A stretch of DNA of 64,000 nt from positions 287,432,001 through 287,496,000 of the forward strand of contig OZ024743.1 in assembly GCA_964016885.1 (NCBI GenBank), read 5' to 3'. Position 1 is the stretch's first letter; each line of letters begins with the position of its first letter. The notes below the pieces were generated by a model. That model was not told where the DNA came from and did not search any database. It saw nothing but the letters and a program-made list of their open reading frames with translations. The stretch is from Eledone cirrhosa (lineage: Eukaryota). A program made the position numbers and the translations under genes. Positions 12,251-25,166 of this stretch are shown here, piece by piece.

Positions 12251-12460
12251 CTGTGCATCTGCTATATACAAAGTCTACTTAGTATTTTAAGATGTTCATT
12301 TCTAAAAATGAGGTTAACAGTCTTAAAATTTATAATTTTATGTTTTCTTTCTTTTTTATTAGGGTCTGTTCCTATCAAATGAAAACCTTACTTTAACCTG
12401 AAATGATATATACTTATGATAAACCTATTTTACTTTTTAAATTTCATTATTATATTGCAG

Positions 12461-13868
12461 ATTACTGAATCAAAGAAGGAAAACCACATCAGCTGTTATC
12501 GTATCACTTGGAAGTCTTTAAACACGGAGTTCATTCCACAAAGTTGTTTTTATATGGATAATGCTTATTGGTATGGTGGCCCAGAGCAAATGCAATCTAT
12601 GTATCCAATTGAGAAAGGGACCTTCTCATGGACATCATTTGTTCCAGGTTTTGACTCTAGTGACAACCAAAGCAACGAGTCCATGGGACCTGTTGTAGAA
12701 CGTTACTGGATTAATTCCCAAGGTGCTGGTATTGCAGTTGATAATGCTATAGCTATCCATGCCAGTATGAATGACAAATTTGAGAATAAACTCTGTTTTA
12801 AGGCCATCTTTGGTGATGAAAGTTACCCTACTCTTAGCTACACAGTGTGCAAAGGCAGTAATGTACGTAATGTACATGATCACATGAGAAAAAATTTGTT
12901 TGAGAATCCTACTGGATCACCAACTGATTTACTAGGCAAACTTCTATGGACAACTGAAGAATATTTTGGTAGTTCATTAGACCAACAAAAGGCCTTATGG
13001 TATGCTGATAAAATAATTAAAAATGGCTTTAAAAATTCACAAATTCAACTTGATACATATTCTCCATTGGTTGGAGATAGTAAAATCTCTTCAGTTTTGT
13101 TTCCAAACTCACATCAGATGATCGGACAATTGAAAGAGTCCAAACTTTATGTACGTCTCAAAATGTGTTTGTGTGCACATCCTGATGTATCCCATTTCAC
13201 CGAGGGAAAAGAGAAAGGATTCTGGATTATTGACAAGGATACCAAAGAGATTGCAATGAGTTCATCAAAACATGGAATGGTAGCACTTTTAGATTTCACC
13301 AATCCTGATGCTGTGAAATGGTACCAAGACAAAATATCTCTGTTTCTAAACGATTATGGGATACAGGCTTTCACATTTGATTTTAACGATATTCATACTT
13401 TACCATTCCAATTCTCATTTAAAAATATATTTAAAACTCCAGCAGATTACCTGACAAAGAGTGTTGAAGTGGTCACTTCTATTGATCATAATGCCATAAT
13501 CAGATTTGGCTTCCAGTCACAAAATTATCCAGTATTTACTGAAGCAATTCCAAAAAATGCCTCATGGGATTACAAGAATGGTTTAAAAAATGTCATTCCA
13601 AATATTTTGACGTTAGGAATTCTTGGTTACCCATTTGTTGTGCCAAGTGCTATTGGTGGTTCTAATAACAGTGAGGTAGCACCTGCAAGCAAAGAATTAT
13701 TTATTCGATGGGCACAGATGGTCAGTTATTTTCCTCTGATGCACTTCTCAATCCCACCATGGCATTATGATGATGAAACGGTACATATTATACAAGACGT
13801 AGTCAACCATCATCAACAGTACACTGTCCCGTTAATAAAGCATTTAATGAAAGAAGCAGAAGTTACAG
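12461..13868 (+). CDS. MYORG-like GH31 protein, exon 2 (TIM barrel)
   Basis: TTGCAG acceptor. Motifs WYGG, VVERYWINSQG, LDFTNPDAVKWY, FTFD, LGYPFVVP..IGG, ELFIRWAQ, PPWHYD. Phase-1 donor ACAG|GTAAGA. Confidence 0.92.
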
Positions 13869-14330
13869 GTAAGAAAATTTCTTTAAAGGTTTTCCGAAAT
13901 ATTCATCTTAATTTTTATATAGGCACAGGTATAACTGTGTGGTTAAGGAGTTTGCTTCACAACCATGGGGTTTTGTGTTTATTTCCACTGTGTGGCACTT
14001 TGGGCATATGTCTAGCTGTAGGTTGAGTTAAATTTCATAGATGGAATCTGTGGAAGCTTGTTGTATCATGAACGTTTTTACATCCAATTTTCCATGCTGA
14101 CATGGGTTACACAGGATGTTTTGGGGCAATATTTTACAGCCGAATACCCTTCTTGATGCCCAGCCTTTTAGTAACCTCTTATGACATGCAAGGGTGCAGC
14201 GTGTCTATACAAAAAACTGGGATATGCATGGCATTTGTGTGTGTATATATATTATATATATATACACACGCGCACACAAATTCCATGCATATCCTAGTTT
14301 ATATATATGTATGTATATATAGATATATAC

Positions 14331-14397
14331 CATCATCATCATCATTTTACGTCCGCTTTTCCCTGCTTGCAAGGGTGGGACGGGAACTGATTCTGGC
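14331..14397 (-). mobile_element. Isolated 3' tail of the RTE-mobilised SINE
   Basis: Matches the 3' end of the SINE at 35113-35459 and ends in (GAT)n. Confidence 0.7.
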
Positions 14398-14730
14398 AGA
14401 AAGAATTCTGTAAACAAGTTCAGGATGAGGTGCCACTCCTTATTTTTAAGTTTCTCTTAAGCTAACAATGCCTAGATTTCAGGTGTCTATAAGATCATTG
14501 AGGGTCAGTCCTGGTTGATGGATTTAAAGAAAAGGGAAATTCTTTAAAAGCTAATTCTTTAAGGTTCTACTTAGTGACAAAGGCCTAGAGAATTCTATAG
14601 ACCAGTTCAAAATATTGAGTGCATATCATACCATTATCTTCAAATTTCTCTTAAGCTATATTCCAAAAGTCAAGACACATTCACAAACACATTCACTCAC
14701 ACACTCGCGCGCACCCACATGCACCCATAC

Positions 14731-15152
<422 letters not shown>

Positions 15153-17890
15153 CATCATCATCATCATCATCATCACCGTTTTACGTCCGTTCTTCCACGC
15201 TAGCATGGGTTAGACGGGTTGTCCTGTTGTGGGCAGTGTCTGGTCGGCTGACCATGCCTTGCTCATACAGGAACTGATCTGGCTTGATTTCTACAGCTGG
15301 ATGCCCTTCCTAACACCAACCTCATTTACAGTGAGTGCTGGGTGCTTTTTCGTGGCGCCTACACGTCCACTTTACAGTGTGGGCTGGGTGCTTTTTTGCC
15401 GTGGCACCTCCACGACCACCTTGCGGTGGGGGGGGGGGGGGGCATATTGTTTATATGCTTCAGCATGTACCCATGGGAGGTCGGGTACCCTGTATTACTG
15501 CGTGACGCCAGAAGTCACGGTCGTGTGTCATTGACTTTGAGAGGTGTAGTTGGGTAAGGTCGGCTTTTATCACCTCATCCCAAGTCATCTTGGGTCTCCC
15601 CACTCCGCGGTTTCCATCAACTTCTAGTGCTCTGCACCTTTTTATGCAGCTGTCATCCTTCATACGCATCACATGTCCATACCAGCGTAACCGCCTCTCC
15701 TGCACGCAGCATTTGATTCCTCTTATGCTCAGTCTCTCTCTCAATTCATTTATGCTTTGTCGTTCACGTATATTACTGTTACACATCCATCGGAGCATGC
15801 AGGCTTCGTTTCTCTCTAATCTACGTAAGTCTTCCACCTTCAGCGCCCAGGTCTCACTACCATGCAACATCGCTGTTCGGATACACGCATCATACAGTCT
15901 GCCTTTCATTCTGAGGGAGAAGCCTTTTGCAGCTAGCAGTGGTAGTAGTTCCCTAAACTTCTTCCATCCCGTTCTTACCCTAGTTATTGTACTTTCTGAG
16001 CACCCACCTCCGTTGCTAATTCGGTCACCTAGGTAGCAGAAGCTGTCTACTGTTTCTACAGGGCCCTCCCAGAGATTGGTGGTACTTGTTTCCTGTGGCT
16101 GTTTGCTTGCTGTTTCAGCACAGCTGCTGCATGTGAATCCTACATTCTTAATTAAGCTTCCTGAGATCCCGCTACATCTCTTGTGTACCCATTGTTTGCA
16201 TTTGGGGCAGAGAATGGAGTTCCTACCTACACCTTTCCTACATACTGAGCAAGGCCATTTCCCTGAGGGGATCTGGGTTCTGTTTTCTCGTCTACTTATA
16301 AGGACCTTAGTCTTTGTCATGTTGACTTTGAGGCCCTTTCTCTCTAGTCCCTGCTTCCAGGTTTGGAATTTATTCTCTAGTTCTACCATAGATTCAGCTA
16401 TGAGTGCGAGGTCATCAGCATACAGGAGTTCCCATGGGCATCCGGTCTTAAACTCCTCCGTTATTGCCTGCAGGACTATGATGAACAGGAGAGGGCTAAG
16501 AACAGAGCCCTGGTGGACCCCAACCTGTACGCTAAATTCCTCGCTATACTCATTGCCAATCCTAACTTTGCTGACTGCTCCCCTATACATGGCTTGTACC
16601 GCTTTCACAAGCCATTCATCTACTCCTAGTTTTCTAAGAGCCCACCAGATTACTGCACGTGGAACTCTGTCAAAGGCTTTCTCAAGGTCGACAAATGCCA
16701 AGTAGAGTGGCTTACTTTTAGCTAGGTACTTTTCCTGTAATTGCCTCACAAGGAAGAGCGCATCAGTGGTGCCTTTCCCTGGAACAAACCCAAATTGCAT
16801 CTCGTCTATATTCACCCGGTCCCTAATCAGCTGTGCTATAACTCTTTCTGTTACTTTCATGACCTGGTCCATCAACTTTATACCTCTATAGTTTCCTCTA
16901 TCTAGTGCATCGCCTTTACCTTTGTAGCAGTTGACAATGATGCTACTGCACCAATCTTTTGGTATGGCCCCCTCTAGTATTACCTGGTTAACGATACGTG
17001 TGGTTATAGTGTGACCTACAGACCCAGATGCCTTCAGCATCTCGGCAGCTATACCCGATGGACCGGTTGCCTTCCCTATCTTCATATCTCTGATTGCCTT
17101 ACTTACTACGCTGCCGCTGACTTGTACTGCTGGTCCCTCTATAGGGTCTACGTGGGGTAGGGTCTCTTCTTCCCATGCATTCTCCTCATTTAGTAATCTA
17201 TCATAATGACTCTTCCATGCATCTTTCTTCTCAGCACTTGTGAGGGCAAGCTCACCTTTATCATTCCGGATACACTTCTCTCCAATGACATCACAACTAT
17301 CTCTGACACACTGCCTCGCAATCTTGAATACCTCCTGTTTCTGGTCCTCACGTTGTAAAACATGCTTGAATTTTCTATCCTCTGCTTCCCTCCTAGCTAA
17401 GTATACTTGTCGCCTAGCTTCCCTCTTGGTCTCTATGTAATGTACCCTGCTCCCCCCGTTCTTCCATTCTTTCCATGCCTGTCTCTTGGCCTTGACTGCT
17501 TCATCTACCTTATTGTTCCACCACCAAGTCACTCTCCTCCTGCTTGAGGTCTTACTCCAGCCACAAACCTCATCCGTCGCCTCTAGTAAGTTATTTTTTA
17601 GGAACTCCCAGTTCTCTTCTACGTTAAATGTCTCTATCTGTTCTTCTTTACTGTCGTAGGCGTTGAGTAAAATATCTTTAAATCTGTTACTGGTTGAGGG
17701 GACTTTCAGCTTCCAGATCTTTCTTCTCCAGGTTGGCCTCTGTTTCAGGGCTCGTCTAGTTCTGACCGTGAGGTCGCTGACAACTAAGCTATGTTGGGAT
17801 GTACATTCCTCACTAGGGAAGGCTTTTGTGTTTACGACCGTCCATCTGTCACGTCCTCTGATGAGGATAAAATCTAACTGACTAGAGTGC
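15153..17890 (-). mobile_element. RTE LINE family A, 5'-truncated, open RT ORF (15460-17532 and upstream)
   Basis: NYRGIKL, QFGF, AFVDLEKAFD, GVHQGSVLSP, YADD, PHD-like insert, FCYLG, RLRWYGHV; (GAT)n tail at 15153. Confidence 0.95.
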
Positions 17891-18004
17891 TATACACATA
17901 TACATATATACACATATACATATATATATATATATATACATACACATATACATACATATATATACACACATAGAACCATATAAACATATATACATATATA
18001 TATA

Positions 18005-18680
18005 TGCTGAAACAGCAAGCAAACAGCCACAGGAAACAAGTACCACCAATCTCTGGGAGGGCCCTGTAGAAACAGTAGACAGCTTCTGCTACCTAGGTGA
18101 CCGAATTAGCAACGGAGGTGGGTGCTCAGAAAGTACAATAACTAGGGTAAGAACGGGATGGAAGAAGTTTAGGGAACTACTACCACTGCTAGCTGCAAAA
18201 GGCTTCTCCCTCAGAATGAAAGGCAGACTGTATGATGCGTGTATCCGAACAGCGATGTTGCATGGTAGTGAGACCTGGGCGCTGAAGGTGGAAGACTTAC
18301 GTAGATTAGAGAGAAACGAAGCCTGCATGCTCCGATGGATGTGTAACAGTAATATACGTGAACGACAAAGCATAAATGAATTGAGAGAGAGACTGAGCAT
18401 AAGAGGAATCAAATGCTGCGTGCAGGAGAGGCGGTTACGCTGGTATGGACATGTGATGCGTATGAAGGATGACAGCTGCATAAAAAGGTGCAGAGCACTA
18501 GAAGTTGATGGAAACCGCGGAGTGGGGAGACCCAAGATGACTTGGGATGAGGTGATAAAAGCCGACCTTACCCAACTACACCTCTCAAAGTCAATGACAC
18601 ACGACCGTGACTTCTGGCGTCACGCAGTAATACAGGGTACCCGACCTCCCATGGGTACATGCTGAAGCATATAAACAATA

Positions 18681-18716
<36 letters not shown>

Positions 18717-18993
18717 ACCGCAAGGTGGCCGTGGAGGTGCCACGGCAAAAAAGCACCCAGCCCACACTGTAAAGTGGACGTGTAGGCGCCACGAAAAAGC
18801 ACCCAGCACTCACTGTAAATGAGGTTGGTGTTAGGAAGGGCATCCAGCTGTAGAAATCAAGCCAGATCAGTTCCTGTATGAGCAAGGCATGGTCAGCCGA
18901 CCAGACACTGCCCACAACAGGACAACCCGTCTAACCCATGCTAGCGTGGAAGAACGGACGTAAAACGGTGATGATGATGATGGTGATGATGAT
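18005..18993 (+). mobile_element. RTE family A 3' fragment, inverted relative to 15153-16119
   Basis: Essentially identical reverse complement of the neighbouring copy, apart from poly-C length. Confidence 0.95.
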
Positions 18994-19128
18994 AGGAACC
19001 AGTAAGACCCCGACAGCTGAGCTCAGCTGTCGGGGTCTTACTGGTTCCTATTACCCACTCCACTACCTCAAGTATTGAGTACTTTGGTGCGTTATGGTCC
19101 ACCTGGTTCCTTACCACATTTCCTTTGT
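18992..19128 (+). repeat. Fold-back repeat fragment (60-bp perfect palindrome 18992-19051), same family as 27663-27835 and 62661-62724
   Basis: ATAGGAACCAGTAAGACCCCGACAGCTGAG|CTCAGCTGTCGGGGTCTTACTGGTTCCTAT. Confidence 0.75.
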
Positions 19129-19165
19129 TATATATATATATATATACATACACATACATATATAT

Positions 19166-19236
<71 letters not shown>

Positions 19237-19299
19237 CATACATATACACACATACACGCATGTACATATATACACATACATACAAATATACATACATAT

Positions 19300-19334
<35 letters not shown>

Positions 19335-19597
19335 CATATTTATATACACACACACATATACATATATACACATGTATACACATACACACACATACACATA
19401 TATAAACACACGAATACACACATATATACATATATACATAAATAAACATACACACATATATATATATATATACATACATACACACATACACATACATACA
19501 TATATATATACACACATACACACACACATACATACATATACATACATACACACATACATATATATATACATACATACATGCATACATACATATACAA

Positions 19598-21510
19598 AAG
19601 ATCAGAGGCGTGCGGTGTTCCACATTGCAAGGCAGTGTGTCAATGCAAATCAGGATGTTGGAGATAAATGTGTCCGGGATCATGCCGGTGTACTTAGTGT
19701 CACGAATGATCAGAAAAAGGAGGCCTGGAAATGTCATTATGAGAGACTGATGAATGTGGAGAACAAATGGGAGAGAGAGAAATTACCCTTGGTAGATCCG
19801 ACAGAGGGACCAGCTATTGAGATTGACGAATATAGGGTCCAAGAGGCGATTAGGGAAATGAAAAATGGTAAGGCTGCTGGACTATCGGGAATAGTTGCTG
19901 AGATGCTGAAGGCATCAGGGGACGTAGGCACTAAACTGGTTGCACGCATCATCAATCAGGCTATATATGGTGGTGTCATACCCAAAGACTGGTGCAGCAG
20001 TATTCTCATAAATTGCTACAAAGGTAAAGGGGATGCTCTGGAGAGGAGCAATTATAGGGGTATAAAACTGATAGATCAGGTTATGAAAGTGGCAGAAAGG
20101 ATTTTAGCACAACTAATTAGAGAAAGAGTCAAACTAGATGAGATGCAGTTTGGTTTTGTGCCTGGGAAGAGTACAACAGATGCCCTCTTCTTGGTGAGAC
20201 AATTGCAAGAGAGGTTCTTAGAGAAGAATAAGCCACTATACTTAGCCTTTGTTGACCTAGAGAAGGCCTTTCATAGGGTATCCCGATCTGTCATCTGGTG
20301 GTCCCTAAGGAAGCTAGGTGTTGAGGAATGGCTTGTGAGGACAGTGCAAACTTTGTACAGAGGTACTCTCAGTAAAGTCAGGGTAGGAATGGAGTTTAGT
20401 GAGGAATTCCAGATACAAGTAGGAGTACATCAGGGTTCGGTCCTCAGCCTGCTCTTGTTCATTATAGTCCTCCAAGCCATAACAGAGGAGTTTAAGACTG
20501 GCTGTCCATGGGAACTTCTCTATGCTGACGATCTGGTTCTTATAGCAGAATCAGTCGGAGCTAGAGAATAAATTCTGGCTATGGAAACAGCAGTTGGAAG
20601 CAAGAGGACTGAGAGTGAACCTAGCTAAGACAAAAGTGTTGATGAGTAGAAAAGAGGACAAAACCCTGATTCCGTCAGGGAAATGACCATGTTCGATATG
20701 CAGAAAAGGAACTGGCATAAATTCTATAAAATGCACACAATGCAGATCCTGGGTACACAAGAGATGTAGCGGGATAGCAGGCAAACTCACAGGTAGGGAG
20801 AAATATGTATGCAGTAGATGTATGGGAAATTAGACAGTAGAAGTCGCATTGATAGACACATTTTTCAAATGCAGGAGGGCGCTATAGAAGTGGTGGATAG
20901 CTTCCGGTACCTAGGAGATCAGATTAGCATGGGAGGAGGGTGTTCCGAGGCCATAGTATCTAGAATAAGGACGGGTTGGAAGAAGTTTAGGGAGCTGCTT
21001 CCTCTGTTGACGAAGAAGGGTTTCTCCCTGCGTACGAAAGGCCGGTTGTCTGATGCCTGTGTGAGGAGCGCGATGCTGCATGGTAGTGAGACATGGGCAG
21101 CAACTGCAGAGGATATGCGACGGCTGGAGAGAAATGATGCAAGCATGCTCCGTTGGATGTGCAGTGTAAATGTGCGTGAACGACCCAGCATAAATGTGTT
21201 GAGAGAGAAACTGTGTCTGAGAGGGATAGAATGTAGTGTACGGGAGAGGAGACTGAGGTGGTATGGACATGTGATGCGCATGGAGGATGACCGATGGGTG
21301 AAGAAGTGCCAGGAAATGCCAGTTGAAGGAAGACGTGGTAGAGGTAGACCACGAAAAACATGGGCGGAGGTGGTGAGAACAGACCTCAGATCATTGAAGC
21401 TCACAGTGGAGATGACGAAGGACTGTGACGAGTGGAGAGATGCTGTGCTGAATAAGACCCGTCCCACCCTTGCAAGCAGGGAAAAGCGGACGTAAAATGA
21501 TGATGATGAT
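19598..21510 (+). mobile_element. RTE LINE family B, 5'-truncated, frameshifted
   Basis: RT motifs in ORFs 19075-20571 and 20818-21495; PHD-like insert near 20690-20822; ends GGACGTAAAATGATGAT. Confidence 0.95.
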
Positions 21511-21559
21511 ATATGCATATGTATACACACACACAGATATATGTGTGTATATGTATATA

Positions 21560-22297
21560 TTAGGTTGTTCCGAAAATAATGGCCGCTCTAAGTGTTGTTT
21601 TGAAACGCAATTTTAATTATAATTTAGGTGAATTTCGACATACTTAATAATTGATGTATGCTCTTTAATAATTTTCTACTTATTTCAGACAGAAAACATT
21701 CTTGAAGCATAGGCACCCTTAATTATGAACATGACAAAAAAGGACCTTTGCTTACTTTCCTGGCATGAGTTCAAGCTTGGGCACAATGCCTCCCAAACAG
21801 CTGCCAATATCAACAGAGCATGGGGAGAGGGGTCCACAAGTCATCGCACAGTACGAAGGTGGTTTCAGAAATTCCGTAGTGGTGATGAAAGCCTTGAAGA
21901 TGAAGAAGGTAGAGGACAGTCATGCAGTCTTGACAATGAACAATTGAAAGCAATTGTTGAACAAAACCCACGTCAAAGTGTCAGAGAAATGTCTCAGGCA
22001 CTTGGTGTTGGGATTGCAATGGTCTCATGCCATCTGCAGAAGATTGGTAACGTGAAAAAGCTCGATAAATGGGTACCGCATGAACTCAATGAAAATCAAT
22101 AAGTTCAGCGTTTTGAAATGTGCTCGATGCTCTTTCTGCGAAACACCAATGATCCTTTTCTTGACTGAATAGTCAATAGGCAGAGATGCAGAGATGTTCA
22201 CGGCTCATACTTTGACTAATCAAAACATTTCTGTTGTTAATTTTTCCAGAATAAAATTATGTTTCTGAAATCGGCCATTATTTTCGGAACAATCTAA
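21560..22297 (+). mobile_element. Internally deleted mariner DNA transposon (SETMAR/Mos1-like N-terminus)
   Basis: TIRs TTAGGTTGTTCCGAAAATAATGGCCG / CGGCCATTATTTTCGGAACAATCTAA with TA flanks. ORF 21725-22102 has an HTH region (TVRRWFQKF) and the WVPHEL motif; the DDD catalytic domain is missing. Confidence 0.93.
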
Positions 22298-23064
22298 TAT
22301 ATATATATATATATATGTGTGTGTACACATATATATATATGTGTGTGTACATATATATATATACATATGTGTGTGTGTGTATGTATATACATAGGTACTA
22401 GTATAGTACTTGTCAAAAATGATGGCAGGTTTATAGCAAAAAATATTTAATTTAATATTTCCTATTTAAAGATGCTTGAATCTTCAATTTTCCCTGACCT
22501 GCCTTTTGTCACTCCAACTATCCAATTTTTAAAAATATTTTCTTTAAACATTATTAAATTTGATTTACCTATGTATTGATCTATGTATCTTTGAACTGTT
22601 ATTGTTCTTGTCTGATAGATACATTGATAAATGTACATAAATAAATAGCTATATTTATACAGATACCTACTTAGATAGACAGGTAGGTAGATATATAGAG
22701 AGTTATGTTGATAGATAGATAGATTGACAGATGGATGGCTAGATAGTTAGAGAGATGAATAGATAGATATATACTAAAATAAATATACAAATAGGGGGAA
22801 AGACAAACAGACTGATTAGATAGATATTGTTTTTATTGTCCATAGATAGATACATAGGTAGCTAGCTATAGATAACTGCTGTTCTACCACTAACTGTGTG
22901 AGAGAGACAAGTAGGGAGAAAGATCTCAAATTATTGATTCCCAAACAAATTTAACACAAAGTTGTTACATTATCAAGTATTTTTTTTATTATGATATATA
23001 AACAAAGGCTTCTGGTCTGGTGAAAAGGGTAAGCGGAAACCGAGCAGTAGAAAAAATAAAGGTC

Positions 23065-23270
23065 GTGAATTGGCAGAGTTGTTAAAATGTCAGAGAAATG
23101 TATTTTTTCCAATTTTTTATATTCTGGGTTCAAATCCCACCAAGGCCAACTTTGCCATTCATTCTTCCACAGTCGAATAAAGTACCAGTCATGTACTGGT
23201 GTTAATATAATCGTCTTTCACTTACTCCTAAATTGCTGGCCTTGTCCTAAATTAGAAACCATTATTATGA
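23065..23270 (+). mobile_element. tRNA-derived SINE with Nin/Deu-like body (degraded)
   Basis: A-box-like TGGCAGAGTTG, B-box GGTTCAAATCC, then caactttgcc..ttcat..taaagtaccagt. Confidence 0.65.
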
Positions 23271-23396
23271 TATATATATGTTTCTGTATATGTGTGTATA
23301 TATATATATATATGTATGTCTGTTTATATATATATATATATATAATCATCATCATCATCATCATTTTATTTCCGCTTTTCCCTGCATATGTGTGTC

Positions 23397-23427
<31 letters not shown>

Positions 23428-23734
23428 TATAAATGTATCTTTACATTTCTGTTTCTTTGTCTCACGACTTAACAGTCTGACAAGAGATAGATCTTTAATG
23501 TGTGATGCAGGACTGCATTAAGCATTTTAAAAAGTATGGTGTGCCCCCTTTCCCCTCCTATATATAAATCTACAAAAAATCTTTCTTTGAATGTTAAACA
23601 TTTAATTTGTATAAAATGGTGCTCCTCTCCCTCTGATGCCCCAAGTATGTGCTTATTTTGCTTAATGGTTAATCCACCCTTAATGTGATGTTTGTTTCTA
23701 ATTAAAACTGGAATTTCTACAGAGTCAACTAGTT

Positions 23735-24077
23735 GTTGTTATAAATCCAATACAGGGCTTCCTCACTTCTGTTGGAGGAACCCCTCTGTGGTTGCCATCC
23801 ACCCATTCTTGTTTGGTTATGTTAGGGATGTTGCCATACTCATCACTTTTAGGCCAATTGCAGGTTGGTGAGGCTATTTAACCCCCAGTTGGGGTGGATG
23901 ACCACTGACCCTGAGGAGTTCATCCTTCCTTGTTTTTTGTACTGCAGAGGGTTCTGCTTACTCTCTTCACCAGAACAGGGTCTGGTGAAGAAGCCTGTTT
24001 AGTCGCTGACCACTTGACCATGAAGCATGTTGTACTAGGTTACATGGTACCAGTAGCAGGCAGAAGCCTGACCTGAC
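23735..24077 (-). mobile_element. Divergent relative of the non-autonomous RTE-like element (5' portion)
   Basis: - strand GTCAGGTCA..CTACTGGTACCATGTAACCTAGTACAAC..CATGGTC..GCGACTAAAC aligns with the 5' end of 6131-6724. Confidence 0.6.
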
Positions 24078-24389
24078 CATGATATGAATAAATAAATCAT
24101 AATTATTATGTAACATATATATATATGTAATACAGGACAGTAGAACGAGTGAAAAGGGGAGGAAACTCCTTTTAAGTTGAGAGGAGAAGGGAGATAACGT
24201 ATGCCATGCTTCTAGTTTATTGCAAGCTTCAGAATCTACAAAGGTTAAAGGTAATGAAGTAGATATGTGTTGGAGAGGATGGTGGAGAGTAGCCAGTGGG
24301 GAGGGGACATCTTGTTCTCGTAAATATAAACAAAGACATTATTAATGTTAAAAAAATAAAGAAGTCCATAATTATTATCATTATTAGTC

Positions 24390-24885
24390 TTGGGTGGTGG
24401 ATTGGCAGTATCGGTAGAGGGTCGGACGCATGCTTTCCAGCATAGTTACGTCCCTTTATAATCTGAGTTCAAATCCCGCCGAGGTTAACTTTGCCTTTCA
24501 TCCTTATGGGGTCGATAAAATAAAGTACTAGTAATGCACTGGGTAATTGCTGGCCTTGTGCCTAAAGTAGAAACAATTATTAGTCTTGTGCACTTTTACT
24601 CAACCTTATTGTAAACCCCTACTGTCCCTGTCTTTGTATTTTCCCCTACTTGTGGCTAATAAATGAAATCATTATTATCATGGCAGAATTGTTAGAACGA
24701 CAGATGAAATGCTTTGCTGCCTTTAGTTTTATGTTCTAAGTTCAAATCCTATCAAGGTCAACTTTGCCTTTCACCCTTACAGGATTGATAAAATAAGTAT
24801 CAGTTATGCAATGGGGTTGATTTAATTGACATTTCCTGCCCCTTCAAATTGCTGGCCTTGTGCCAGATGTAGAAACAATTATAAT
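24390..24885 (+). mobile_element. Two tandem tRNA-derived Nin-type SINEs (about 24390-24580 and 24680-24885)
   Basis: GAGTTCAAATCC B-boxes, aactttgcctttcatcc..gataaaataa, and ttgctggccttgtgcc..agaaac tails. Confidence 0.75.
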
Positions 24886-24903
24886 TATTCCTTCTATTTG
24901 CAG

Positions 24904-25166
24904 GAGCTCCCATAATAAGACCTGTTTGGTGGATAGCACCAGAGGATCCGGTTGCATTGAAAATTGACTGCGAATTTCTTGTGGGGGACAGTCTGTTGGT
25001 GGCCCCTATTCTTGATCCTGGAAGTACAACTAGAGACATCTATATCCCTCATGGCATCTGGAAGGATAACCTCAACAACAGGAAGATTAAAGGGGCCAAA
25101 TTGTACAAAGATTTTAAAGTGGAAATTCATCAAATTGCCACATTTACAAAAATCAAAACTTTCTAA
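24904..25166 (+). CDS. MYORG-like GH31 protein, exon 3 (C-terminal beta domain, stop TAA)
   Basis: TTTGCAG acceptor in phase 1 gives G-APIIRPVWWIAPED..EFLVGDSLLVAPIL..RDIYIPHGIW, the typical MYORG C-terminus. Confidence 0.93.

Noticed and set aside
12416-14026. 536-aa ORF as a complete single-exon gene
   Set aside because: Its ends are intronic. Splice sites at 12461 and 13868 join in phase to exons supplying the TM segment and the GH31 C-terminus.
15590-17440. Antisense ORFs over RTE copies (also 37751-40153, 41814-42538 and others)
   Set aside because: Shadow frames of the RT coding strand; they repeat only because the element repeats.
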